Origin: Macrostomum lignano
Lineage: Eukaryota
Length of the DNA: 64,000 nucleotides
Direction of reading: 5' to 3'
Assembly: GCA_002269645.1 (NCBI GenBank)
Contig: NIVC01000064.1
Span: forward strand, 62,001 to 126,000
The notes under the pieces are model-generated. The model searched no databases. It was not told the DNA's origin and was given only the letters and a program-made list of their open reading frames with translations. A program made the position numbers and the translations under genes. This document shows, in pieces, positions 1-12,139 of this stretch. Numbering within the stretch: position 1 is the stretch's first letter; every line of letters begins with the position of its first letter.

Positions 1-3000
1 GGCGTGGCTGCACTTGCCATCGCTGTATAACTGCTGCAGGGTGGTTGACAGCACCTGTTGGGCGGGTGGCGGATGGGATCGGGTTAGATGGGCATTTTTC
101 TGCCTGAATTTGGGAGCTATTTTCCGATCTGAGTCTGGGGCGATTCTCCGATCTGAGTCTGGGGCGATTCTCTCCGATTTGAGTCTGGGGCGATTCTCCG
201 AACTGAGCCTGGGGCGATTCTCTCCGATTTAAGTCTGGGACGATTCTCAGATCTGAGTCTGGGGCGATTCTCTCCGATCTGAGTCTGGGGCGATTCTCTC
301 AGATCTGAGTCTGGGGCGATTTTTCTCCGATCTGAGTCTGGGGCGATTCTCCGATCTGAGTCTGGGGCGATTCTCCGATTTGAGTCTGGGGCGATTCTCC
401 GATCTGAGCCTGGGGCGATTCTCTCCGATTTGAGTCTGGGGCGATTCTCTCCGATCTCAGTCTGGGGCGATTCTCTGATCTGAGTCTGGGGCGATTCTCT
501 GATCTGAGTCTGGGGCGATTCTCAGATCTGAGTCTGGGGCGATTCTCAGATCTGAGTCTGGGGCGATTTTTCTTGTCTTGTCTAAAGCAAATATAAGAAA
601 CGAATTACTAAACAAACCTGCAAGTCAACAAATTTAACGTTAGCATCATTGGCGCTGCAATCAAGCATGGGCAGGTGCCGTTTCAACAGCCTACAATCGT
701 AGCTAACAACAACTAGATGTCGGTTGTAGGGCTCCCGACAAGAGCTCAGCAACTTAGCTAGACCGCTCATAACAGCAGCCGTGCAGGAGTCTAAATCAAA
801 GAGAAATACTCGACTATTAATATCGTTAATTGGCATAGCAACCGAGATTAGGCTAGGCCGGGAGCTGGTTTTAGCTTGGCCTCGCAGATTGGCGCCATGG
901 CACAGCACAGCTAGTAGATCTGCGGTAGCTAACGCGGCTAGGGCCCGTTCAACGCCAATTGCCGTGGTAACTAGGACGCAATTAGCGTTTGTTGCTTCGT
1001 TGAAATTCGCGTCTGCAATGTAAAAAGAACAGCGCAAATGTAACTCAGACTTTCTTATAAAATAAATTAAAACCAACACTATAACATTTCAATGATTGAA
1101 AACTACTAACAGTAGTGTAACGCAAAATGCATCCCTGATTTTAATCAATGCATTTTTACGAGGGGTGTCCCAGAAGTAGTGTCGCTTTTGCTTGCTTCCA
1201 CAAGTATTAATGCGTGTTAAAAAAATCATATGCCTTAAAAGTTAGCGGCTTATTTTAGCTTTCATGCCACGAAAGTCCGATTTTTATAAGTGCTTCCTGC
1301 TGAAAGTAGCATGAATTTGTTCGCATACCCTTAGCCATAGAAATGCACACCGCATAGTGCTTCTATGCTCACTCAGAAGAAAGCCACAAGTACAGCAATA
1401 ATAAAAACAGACATTAATGAAGCACATTTTAAGTCACAAATTGAAACCATTAAATACAAAAAGGTCAATTCTTTTCTTTATCGTATTCGCTTCTGGCGTC
1501 GACATCCATCCCATTGGTAGCAAGTTTGATCGTAAAGAGCAAACCATCCATTTCTCGATCAATTGTTTTAAGGCTCACATGCGGCTTGTCAGAAAAGCTT
1601 CCAACTTCGCCTCTGTGAAAAGCTCAAATCGTTCCTTCTATTTTGGCTCACCGTTCTTTCTATTTTGGCTCACCGTTCCTTCTATTTTGGCTCACCGTTC
1701 TTTCTATTTTGGCTCACCGTTCCTTCTATTTTGGCTCACCGTTCCTTCTATTTTGGCTCACCGTTCCTTCTATTTTGGCTCACCATTCCTTCTATTTTGG
1801 CTCACCGTTCCTTCTATTTTGGCTCACCGTTCTTTCTATTTTGGCTCACCGTTCTTTCTATTTTGGCTCACCGTTCCTTCTATTTTGGCTCACCGTTCCT
1901 TCTATTTTGGCTCACCGTTTCTTCTATTTTGGCTCACCGTTCCTTCTATTTTGGCTCACTGTTCCTTCTATTTTGGCTCACTGTTCCTTCTATTTTGGCT
2001 CACCGTTCCTTCTATTTTGGCTCACCGTTCCTTCTATTTTGGCTCACCGTTCCTTCTATTTTGGCTCACCGTTCCTTCTATTTTGGCTCACCGTTCCTTC
2101 TATTTTGGCTCACCATTCTATATTGCATGACAAATTAAGTTGTCTATGGCTTGCTGTCTCGAGTTGATTCAAGTGCTGGGCCATAGAACCCTATGGGCCG
2201 TTCCGTTTTGGATGTCCCCAGTTCCACATAGCATGACAAAAGCCATACTTGTGGAAGCAAGCAAAAGCGACACTACTTCTGGGACACTCCTCGTATAATG
2301 CATATTAGCGACTTTCTTACCGTAGATGAATCCGTCGGGCAAGCAGCTTGCGGCATCTGTTTCGGGCAGAAGATTCAGCATGCCGTGCTGATGTTTCTCG
2401 TTAGAGCCAAGAAGTATGCCGCCGTAATGTTTCGGCACTGGACACTTTGGCGGTAGGAAAGGCTCCTGTCTGAGACTGTTGTAAATTGGTTTTAATGTTT
2501 TATAGACAGGATAAATGCGGGGTGGATAGGCTAGAAATAGGGTATATGGGATGGAAGTGAGGTAGATGGGTTAGAATTGGGGTAGAAGTGGGGTAGATGG
2601 GTTAGAAGTGGGGTAGATGGGGTAGAAGTGGGGTAGATGGGGTAGAAGTGGGGTAGATGGGGTAGAAGTGGGGTAGATGGGGTAGAAGTGGGGTAGATGG
2701 GATAGAAGTGGGGTAGATGGGGTAGAAGTGGGGTAGATGGGGTAGAAGTGGGGTAGAAGTGGGGTAGATGGGGTAGAAGTGGGGTAGATGGGGTAGAAGT
2801 GGGGTAGATGGGATAGAAGTGGGGTAGAAGTGGGGTAGATGGGGTAGAAGTGGGGTAGATGGGATAGAAGTGGGGTAGATGGGGTAGAAGTGGGGTAGAT
2901 GGGGTAGAAGTGGGGTAGATGGGGTAGAAGTGGGGTAGATGGGGTAGAAGTGGGGTAGATGGGGTAGAAGTGGGGTAGATGGGGTAGAAGTGGGGTAGAT

Positions 3001-4254
3001 GGGGTAGAAGTGGGGTAGATGGGGTAGAAGTGGGGTAGATGGGGTAGAAGTGGGGTAGATGGGGTAGAAGTGGGGTAGATGGGGTAGAAGTGGGGTAGAT
3101 GGGGTAGAAGTGGGGTAGATGGGATAGAAGTGGGGTAGATGGGGTAGAAGTGGGGTAGATGGGGTAGAAGTAGGGTAGATGGGCTACAAGTCTGGTAAAT
3201 TGGGTAGAATTGGGATAGATGGGATACCTGGAAAAAAGCAGGGAAAGGTCACGGTAGATCCAAGTGATGAGGTACTAGGAGTGTTGGGTAAAGTACATAT
3301 ACAAATTAAATAACCAGTTAAAATTTGAGTTATGATCCAAAGGCATCGATCGAATTCTTGACTACATTCCAGTTAAGCCTCACCCAAAATTGTTTTGCCG
3401 CGCTGCAGCTGGTTCTTCGCTCGCCGTGCGGGACCCCGGACTTGAGCAGGTCAATCGGCTCTCAGTGGCGGCGGCGGCGGCAGCGGCAGTGGCCGAGGAT
3501 TCAATGGACGATTCACCACAACTGCTGCAACTTTCCGGATCCGACATCTCTTCGGAGACGAGCACTAAAAATATCGGGAAAATTGAAATTTAAAAAATGA
3601 TTTTAGCTACAGAACAATTTTACCTACAAATGACGATCCATCTAGTCATCTAGTGAGCACCCTGCTGCTTCCATCTAGTCATCTAGTGGACACCCTGCTG
3701 CTTCCATCTAGTCATCTAGTGAGCACCCTGCTGCTTCCATCTAGTCATCTAGTGGACACCCTGCTGCTTCCATCTAATCATCTAGTGAGCACCCTGCTGC
3801 TTCCATCTAGTCATCTAGTGAGCACCCTGCTGCTTCCATCTAGTCATCTAGTGGACACCCTGCTGCTTCCATCTAATCATCTAGTGAGCACCCTGCTGCT
3901 TCCATCTAGTCATCTAGTGAGCACCCTGCTGCTTCCATCTAGTCATCTAGTGGACACCCTGCTGCTTCCATCTAATCATCTAGTGAGCACCCTGCTGCTT
4001 CCATCTAATGGACATCTGCTCTGCTTAAGTAGTAAACAGTTGCTACCCACATCCCGACTCTCGGTCTCCATACCACACTCACACTTAGAAACCTGATCCA
4101 AAGGCACGCAAACCTTGCCGATGTATCTTCCATTTTCGTCTCGAGCATCGTACAGCTCAAATTGAAAATCATTTGTCATCTTTCGAAAGAAACCAGTGTA
4201 GGACTGGCTGTCCGAGTCCAGAACAACTAGACTGCCTCGCCCTGGTAGCTCCAT
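1..4254 (-). CDS. EXD1: EXD1-like protein (N-terminal Lsm-like domain + degenerate DEDDy 3'-5' exonuclease domain; piRNA-pathway family); 3' end runs off the window
   Basis: Predicted exons 4254-4083, 3564-3384, 2475(or 2469)-2321, 1012-618 and 54-1, joined by GT..AG with consistent phases (1,2,1,0). Exon 1 has ACC-ATG-G context and encodes GSLVVLDSDSQSYTGFFRKM..FELYDARDE..VCVPLDQVSKL (Lsm-like). The 618-1012 exon has RVFLFDL..GLAKLL..VVVSYDCRLL..FVDLQV, matching the EXD1/egalitarian-type pattern RVYLFDI..GL..IL..KVIHDCR..FDTQV. Confidence 0.7.
120..570. repeat. Intronic minisatellite, ~21-23 bp unit (tctccgatctgagtctggggcgattc-like)
   Basis: About 20 imperfect tandem copies, visible directly. 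Confidence 0.95.
1628..2118. repeat. Intronic minisatellite, 22 bp unit ttctattttggctcaccgttcc
   Basis: About 22 tandem copies; explains the overlapping repetitive ORFs at 1417-2167. Confidence 0.97.
2560..3225 (+). repeat. G-rich intronic minisatellite, 20 bp unit ggggtagaagtggggtagat
   Basis: About 30 near-perfect copies with a GGGG run every 10 nt. Confidence 0.97.
3637..4010. repeat. Intronic minisatellite, 33 bp unit ccatctagtcatctagtgagcaccctgctgctt
   Basis: About 11 tandem copies. Confidence 0.95.
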
Positions 4255-4311
4255 GGTAGGGCATGAAGTTTCATTATTATTAGCAAAATGGGTTATTACG
4301 AGTATGAAAAT

Positions 4312-4650
4312 CGCCCAGCAACTGACACTCTGGGAGGCTGGCCCAGCAACTGAGGATCTGGGAGGCTGGCCCAGCAACTGAGGATCTGGGAGGCTGGCCC
4401 AGCAACTGGGGATCTGGGAGGCTGGCCCAGTAACTGGGGATCTGTGAGGCTGGCCTAGCAACTGAGGATCTGGGAGGCTGGCCCAGCAACTGGGGGTCCG
4501 GGAGGCTGGCCCAGCAACTGGGAATCTCGGAGGCTGACACAGTAACTGAGGATCTGGGAGGCTGGCCCAGCAACTGTGGATCTGGGAGGTTGGCACAGCA
4601 ATTGACTATCAGAGAGGGTGCCCAGCCACTGAGGATCTGGGAGCTCAAAG
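4312..4650. repeat. Minisatellite, 28 bp unit (ggcccagcaactgaggatctgggaggct), just upstream of the EXD1-like start
   Basis: tgggaggctg recurs at 4331, 4359, 4387 and onward. Confidence 0.9.
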
Positions 4651-4876
4651 GGTCTGGGTGGCTAGCTGTATATCCGGATATTGAATAAAATAATAAAAAC
4701 ACACGGAAATTAAACAAAAGTATTCACAAAACAGGTAAGTAAAAGTGTATTTACTTAAGCAATAAATATTTTAGTTTCATATCTACGAATAGCAGAAAAC
4801 TGCTGAATGATAAAAACATGAAAAGTCGGAACTTGTAAGCGCATAGAGATTATGTCGGCACAAGTTAATCAAGCAT

Positions 4877-7237
4877 TTAGCTCTGACACGGGCTCTGCTG
4901 CTTTAGAATCTGGCGATAACTTCGCCTCAAATCCTCAAACTGGTCCTCACTAACGGAGCATTTAGCATAACTAGCCAACACATCCGCCACAGTCAGCTGA
5001 TCAAAGGTATCAGCGTCTTGCACAATCAACTGGCCGGATAGTTCGGCCACAGCAACGCAATAAGCAGAATCTGGACAATATCGAGCCGGTTGCCTAGGAA
5101 ACAAACAGACGCGCAATCTGCCACAGCTGTCACTGTCCGACAGTGTCCGGCCGGCAATTAGATTGTGAGGCACGTTGGCACGCTGACAAGCAACAACTGC
5201 GGACATGACTCGACTATGCAGCAAGTTTACTGAGTCCTGCTCGCCACTATGCAGCTCAAACACCATAGTCCTGACTGGCATTCTATCCAGAGGAAAAGTG
5301 TACAGACCAATATCCGAATCTAATGGGACAATTTCACAGCCGGTTGCTAGGCAAACTGGTTCGCTGCGCCACAGGTGTAAATGCAAATGATTAACAGATG
5401 CATAGGCTAATAAACTATTGAAGCCAAGCCGATACTGAGTGCCCGGTGTTAACAATAACAGGTGCAAACCCGACATCAAAGCGAACGGTGTCAGGCACTG
5501 ATTGAGCTGCAGCTCACAGTCTGGAACAATCACATAGTGCTGCCGGTCTATCGGCGATATGTTCACAAACAGCTGCACCCTGGGCAGAGGTTTCGAACCC
5601 CAGGCCTCGTGCCACAATTTCACTGTGATCTCCGTTCGATCAGCTTTGCCAAAATGAAATCCGGACGAATTAAATGGCGCATTCAATCCATCCACATTGT
5701 TGGCATGAACTCGTCTGGTAGCAAATCGACTGGGATTGAAATAAGCAGAAATCTCTTTGTTGAGTTGACGCGATTTGACATTGTCCGGCTGATAACGGAG
5801 CAGGTGCTGGCGGGTCTGAGCAGTTAAGGGTGATAGTGTTATTGGTTGAGGATGATTTTTATTGGTTGAGGGTGATTCCTATTGGTGGAGTGTTTTCTAT
5901 CGATTGAGGATGATTTTTATTGGTTAAGGGTGATTCCTATTGGTGGAGAGTGTTTTCTATTGATTGAGGATGATTTTTATTGGTTAAGGGTGATTCCTAT
6001 TGGTGGAGAGTGTTTTCTATTGATTGAGGATGATTTTTATTGGTTAAGGGTGATTCCTATTGGTGGAGAGTGTTTTCTATTGATTGAGGATGATTTTTAT
6101 TGGTTGACGGTGATTCCTATTGGTGGAGAGTGTTTTCTATTGATTGAGGATGATTTTTATTGGTTGACGGTGATTCCTATTGGTGGAGAGTGTTTTCTAT
6201 TGATCGAGAATGATTTTTATTGGTTAAGGGTGATTCCTATTGGTGGAGAGTGTTTTCTATTGATTGAGGATGATTTTTATTCGTTAAGGGTGATTCCTAT
6301 TGGTGGAGTGTTTTCTATCGATTGAGGATGATTTTTATTGGTTAAGGGTGATTCCTATTGGTGGAGAGTGTTTTCTATTGATTGAGGATGATTTTTATTG
6401 GTTAAGGGTGATTCCTATTGGTGGAGAGTGTTTTCTATTGATTGAGGATGATTTTTATTGGTTAAGGGTGATTCCTATTGGTGGAGAGTGTTTTCTATTG
6501 ATTGAGGATGATTTTTATTGGTTAAGGGTGATTCCTATTGGTGGAGAGTGTTTTCTATTGATTGAGGATGATTTTTATTGGTTAAGGGTGATTCCTATTG
6601 GTGGAGAGTGTTTTCTATTGATTGAGGATGATTTTTATTGGTTAAGGGTGATTCCTATTGGTGGAGAGTGTTTTCTATTGATTGAGGATGATTTTTATTG
6701 GTTAAGGGTGATTCCTACTGGTGGAGTGATTTCCATCGATTAAGGAAGATTTTTATTGGTTGAGGATGATTTTTATTGGTTGAGGGTGATTTGCACTGGT
6801 TGTAGGCGATTTTTAATGGTTGAGGTGATATTTATAGCTTCCAGGCGGTTGTTATAGATTTAGTGCGATTTTGATAGTTTCTTGCGATTTTCAAAGGCTT
6901 AGGAAGGTCTCCTATCGTTAAGGCACCTTCTATTGGTTTAGGGCCAGTTTTTAATCGTTGAAGTCGATTTTACTGGTTTAGAAAGCAAAAATGCATGTAC
7001 TTTGTACATGATTTAAGCTAATTTTTAATTTCAATCAACGGTTCATACTTAGAAAGTGCTACTTAGAAAATATCTCACCAGCCAGCCCTGTTCCAGCAAA
7101 TTAGGCAGCAATTGCTTCTCAGATTCGGGTACATTATCACTATCGGAATTAGAAATCAACAAATCAGCATCTGTGTACACAATAAACGGAGCAGACAGTG
7201 CCGAGTTGTCGGGCTCGGCTGTATATTCGATTCGCAT
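4877..7237 (-). CDS. GDPGP1: GDP-D-glucose phosphorylase 1-like (GDPGP1/VTC2 HIT superfamily), ~365 aa, 2 exons
   Basis: Exons 7237-7079 (MRIEY..PFIVYTDADLL..LLEQGWL) and 5815-4877 (LLRY..APFNSSGFHFGK..LFVNISPI..HYVIVP..RLGFNSLLAYASVNHLHLHLW..FPRQ..AVAELSG), with a phase-0 GTGAGA..CTCAG intron. HIT motif HLHLH is present. The start ATG is inferred. Confidence 0.88.
5840..6790. repeat. Intronic minisatellite, 60 bp unit, in the GDPGP1 intron
   Basis: About 15 copies of ggtgattcctattggtggagagtgttttctattgattgaggatgatttttattggttaag; a variant-bearing block is duplicated at a 418-bp offset (5882 vs 6300). Confidence 0.97.
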
Positions 7238-7828
7238 TCTTTTATTTGATGAAGCTGGGTCGATACTGAGCTGAAAGAGTCCAACGGGGGACAGATACTC
7301 GTACATATTGATATGATGAAATATATTCATACACATGACATTCCAAGCTACGGAGAGTCGCCTCATACTCATACACACGGCATGCACACGCTCACTAAAG
7401 GTGTACACACGGATATTGACTTACTAAGACAGAAAACAAAGACAGAGAAAAATGATGTTTTTTTAACAAGCCCTCGATCGAATATATTTTAAGTGAGCCA
7501 GATAAAGAATGTACAATTCACAGAGGACAAAAGCAACGTTATGGCAATATGATTACTTCCTTACCGGGTCCTTAACATTTTAATAGTATAGTATATTAGC
7601 AATAGTTAACTAGCGTATATAAAGAACTTAAGTAAATATAAAGTACTAATACACTTTAACACATCTTTCACATAAGCTACGCACATACTAGCAAATGATA
7701 GCATAGGAAAATTTGCCACATTCAAGAGAGAACAATTAATACACCGATTAACAGTATGCATTCATTTAAAACATTAAATCATAAAATATGGTCAATAAAC
7801 GCATTAATAGTTAGTAAAATTCATTAAT

Positions 7829-8179
7829 TCACTTCTCAGACACGTCCAACGATCGATATGGAACGCCTCGTTCGCTCAGCATTCTCTGCACATGCCTTGG
7901 CAACGTGCCAGACACAGAAACAGCATAAATGCCCTTTTGAAACTTGGAGATTCTCTGCCATCGAGCTACCCAAGAATCGTCTGGCGACATCAGCCCAATC
8001 ATGCCGTCAAAATTTGCCGATGTACAATCGTACACCATGTCCTTGTTGTCCTTCAGGCTGAGAAAATCTTCGCAGTTATCGCAACCGTCCACTTCGAATT
8101 GGGTGAACGTTTTTATTAGGCCGCAAATCATGCAGGCTCGAAGATTGCGCAACTCGTTTGGAACGGTTTCTATGGACAT
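7829..8179 (-). CDS. SUPT4H1: Transcription elongation factor SPT4, 116 aa, single exon
   Basis: LRACMIC..GCDNC zinc finger, CTSANFDGMIGLMSP..SWVARWQRI..GIYAVSVSGTLP. Confidence 0.97.
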   Translation of the reverse strand: MSIETVPNELRNLRACMICGLIKTFTQFEVDGCDNCEDFLSLKDNKDMVYDCTSANFDGMIGLMSPDDSWVARWQRISKFQKGIYAVSVSGTLPRHVQRMLSERGVPYRSLDVSEK

Positions 8180-8204
8180 TGTCAGTGCAGCATGAATGGT
8201 ATTG

Positions 8205-8850
8205 GCGAATGGGCATTGTGTCTGTGATTGTGGCTATGGGAATGGACATTGTGTCTGTGATTGTGGCTATGGGAATGGACATTGTGTCTGTGATTGTGGC
8301 TATGGGAATGGACATTGTGTCTGTGATTGTGGCTATGGGAATGGACATTGTGTCTGTGATTGTGGCTATGGGAATGGACATTGTGTCTGTGATTGTGGCT
8401 ATGGGAATGGACATTGTGTCTGTGATTGTGGCTATGGGAATGGACATTGTGTCTGTGATTGTGGCTATGGGAATGGACATTGTGTCTGTGATTGTGGCTA
8501 TGGGAATGGACATTGTGTCTGTGATTGTGGCTATGGGAGTGGAAATTGTGTCTGTGATTGTGGCTTTGGGAATGGACATTGTGTCTGTGATTGTGGCTAT
8601 GGGAATGGACATTGTGTCTGTGATTGTGGCTATGGGAATGGAAATTGTGTCTGCGATTGTGGCTATGGGAATGGACATTGTGTCTGTGATTGTGGCTACG
8701 GGAATGGACATTGTGTCTGTGATTGTGGCTATGCGAATGGACATTGTGTCTGCGATTGTGGCTTATGGGAACGAACATTGTGTCTGTGATTGTGGCTATG
8801 GGAATGGACATTGTGTCTGCGATTGTGGCTATGGGAGTGGACATTGTGTT
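8205..8850. repeat. Minisatellite, 33 bp unit gggaatggacattgtgtctgtgattgtggctat, directly upstream of SPT4
   Basis: About 19-20 copies; explains the repetitive ORFs at 8076-8911. Confidence 0.97.
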
Positions 8851-9039
8851 TGTGCTTTATAATCTAAAAATTATCTTTGACTTTTGTACATTTCTTAACT
8901 GTATAAACTAATGTTCAAATAAGGAAAACATGTAAAAATTCTTATTTCCAACATTAACGGAAAAGACGCATCAACACAAAATTTATTCAATTATTACATT
9001 CTCTATGACATCAACAGACAGCCAACTGTAACTGTAGCA

Positions 9040-9892
9040 TCATTTTTTCTGTTCTACAACGCCCGACAATAATGCGACACGTTCCAGTGAATCGGTTGCC
9101 ATGGAGATGCCGGCATCGCGACGCTCGGGATTAAACGCGGCGGTCACCTGTTCTATCAGACGGTGCCGATCATTATTACTTAAAGTAGTAGTAGCATCAG
9201 TATTTAACTGCGATGTTTCCATTGTTGATGCCGCTGCATTATTGCGCTGAGCATAGAACGCGTAGAGCTCCGTGTTGCACGAGTTGGTCCGTTCCACAGC
9301 GTCTTTTACTTGGCTGCTAATCTGTTGGAAATGAACAGCAATGCATTGAATTGGTCCAAACAACAAGCATACTTTGGGGGGATGGGGGCAGTGTAGCTCA
9401 GTCATACATGCGCAACACCCGGCCGAGCCGGCGAAGGGCCCAGCCAAGGTAAGTCGCAAAAATGCCTACCCCAAAAGTACAGACGTCGTACTAATTAGAT
9501 GACGAGGCATTTAACTCTAATAATAAAGTCATAATTACTCCTGCCGTTTACCCAGAATTACAATAATTTCTGTTCATTTTTTCGTTTGAGTAGTTAAAAA
9601 GTCGCTAAAATCACCAGCGAGTTTGCAATGACTCTAGTAGTAACGCTTTTAATGACCTGCCAATGGGAATGTCAGGACCGCTGTACACACGGTGAGTATA
9701 TATGCCTGATGTATCCCTGCACATGTCTGTGTGTCTGGGGTCAACAGATTGGGTATTATCAGCTAGAAAACCCACCTGTTTTTTGTTGACTCTCTTTCCA
9801 ATTATCTTTTTTTCTTTTGTCGCTTTGGTCTTGCTAGATCCATTAGCATGTTGATGCTGCACTGATTTCTGTTTTCCATTTTGTTTGCCCAT
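9040..9892 (-). CDS. Small lysine-rich protein, 132 aa, 2 exons (weak resemblance to RBIS/C8orf59)
   Basis: Exon 9892-9776 (39 codons, donor GTGGGT) and exon 9321-9040 (acceptor TTCCAACAG) join in phase 0: MGKQNGKQKS..KRVNKKQ/ISSQVKDAVERTN..VEQKK*. A T-rich CAG acceptor lies ~35 nt upstream of the ATG. The family guess is from memory only. Confidence 0.6.
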
Positions 9893-12139
9893 ATTGACTG
9901 ACTTCTACTGCTCCTAACAGGAGTTCTGAAAAAAAATATTATGACACTACTTATTAATATACTCGTAAAATACAAATTGACCAAATTATTACAATCAATG
10001 TTGTTTTACTAAAGAAAAGATCATGAGCTTCAGGCTTAAGCTTAATGCTAAATAATTCATAATTTTCTTGTTTTCAAAGTGCAATATTATTTACTATACA
10101 TACATGTATATAGTTATGCCTAACCTAAATTCTGAAACCAAACAAAAAATAAAATTCTACTCAGACAACTTGTCTATTATATATTTTCTTAACCCATTTC
10201 TTCTAAAAAATCACAAGCACTTTTCATTTGTGTAATGCAAAATAATACATCACTGTTGCAACACTATACAAATATGTTTCCAGTAGTTTCTCTGCTTATA
10301 ATAATAGTACAGTAACAACTATAATATAATATTTAATAGTGTAGTCTCTATTCTGAAAACTTCTGTACTTTCCCTATACACTAAAAATAGTAACATATTC
10401 TAGTAACTTCTACACATCCCAAGGCTATAAATAGAAACACCCCTTATCATACTAAAACCAAGACTCTCTTTCTTCTCTCTCTCACAAGTGCGAGTTGCTG
10501 CTACTTCTAATAAAACAAATACATACTTCTTGCTGCCAAGCACTCTGTTGGCCTGATTAACTAACAATAACTGAAGTCTCTGTTTGTTCTACTACCAGAG
10601 ATACAACAATCACATTATCACAATACATGTAATAAATAGGAAAATATATTGGTTGTTGCACAAAATACTTTGACATAAAAATGCACACATGTTTCATACA
10701 CATATTGGCATATCTTGAATTGATTGATAGACAGTTTACTACTTTTATATACCACAATGAACAATGATGTATCTTAATATTATATTACAGATAAAGACTT
10801 TAGTGAGGGTCACATGACTTGCCAATATACCCCATTGGGAAATAATTATACTTTAACTGTGTTAATAGCATATGAAAACAGTAAAAAATAAATGGAAAAA
10901 TAATTGTTGATTTAGTAATAAGAGGGTTTTAATTGATAGTTATGGCACAGTTGTGACATAGTTATAACTAATAGCCATACCAAATGTGCCAAAGGACAGT
11001 TAAAAAAATTATAAATGTAGTAGTGGTACAGCTAGCAAAATTTTAGAATTTGCTAAGACAATTATTTCTATATAATGCAATTCTACAGATATGCAGACTG
11101 GAATTTAAAGATCTAGTTCTACTTATCATTTGCTTTTAATGCTTTAGTCTATCCAAGGTGTACCAGTCAATCTGGCACTAGACAATGGAAGATATGTGTC
11201 AACTGAATTGTCCCAATAGCCATTATGAACCTCCAAGAATCTTTCTACAGTTAAGACTGCATGTAGTTCAAACATTCACTAAGAAAACAGGCCTTTAAAA
11301 ATATAGCTTAAAATTTTTAGTATATGGATTTCTGCAATGTTTCCAATCCTTTAAAATAATAGCCACTCACACTCCTAGCAAACTGTAAGTTTTTGTTGTT
11401 GAATGATCCTAGGAAAAAGCATTTTTTTGCATTCTATCTTACTGAAACAAGTGAATGCAAGAGTTTGCTAAAGTGCTGTCATATTCTTGCTGCAAACTCT
11501 TAATTGGCAATATTTTAGCAGTCCCATTAAAGAAAATTCTAATAGGTATGAACATACATGCGCAACTTCTGAAATTACGCTGGCCGTGCGACTTAGTTTT
11601 CGATAAAAAATGCGACTTACCTATGAAAGAGCCAAGCAAAAACTTTAGGTAAACGGCAGGAGTAACTATGACCATATTTTTAAAGCTAAATGCCTCGCCA
11701 GCTAATTAGTGCTGCGTGCAGATTCCGCGTTTTTATAACAGCTAATCAGTGTGTCATCTAGTGGCGGCATGAAGCAATTAGTAAATTGTCAGTACAGTGT
11801 AGTGAGCATACTACAAAAGTCATGATTCATGAATGTCCAGAAGTAAGTGAAGTGAATACAGTGTGACCTATAGCTCAAGAACGATTTGCTAGACGATTTG
11901 GCATGGAAGATGAGAGCCCTGATTCAGATGGCTCATCAGATGCAGAATACGAATCCAGTAGAGATACAAGCTGTGAAAACCCACAGATTTTTAAACCACT
12001 GAATTCTAATTCCCGGAACTATTTTTGCATAGATTCTAAATTTGAAGTCATGCTCAAACAAAAACTTGTTAACAGTTAGGAAGAAGGCAAAGATGGGAGT
12101 AATGCATGTTAAACTAAGATTTGAGGCCTTTGCAAATTC

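Noticed and set aside
1156-1620. Additional mariner element starting tacgaggggtgtccc
   Set aside because: Only one TIR-like end and a weak KQLIEKWMVC peptide; no partner TIR or catalytic motifs found.
1417-8911. Long repetitive ORFs (1417-2167, 3653-4096, 3976-4717, 5882-6743, 8076-8911) as protein-coding genes
   Set aside because: They are translations of intronic or intergenic minisatellites, open in several frames and on both strands.
11860-12090. Acidic peptide MEDESPDSDGSSDAEYES as a gene exon
   Set aside because: Short, with no recognisable domain and no partner exons identified.
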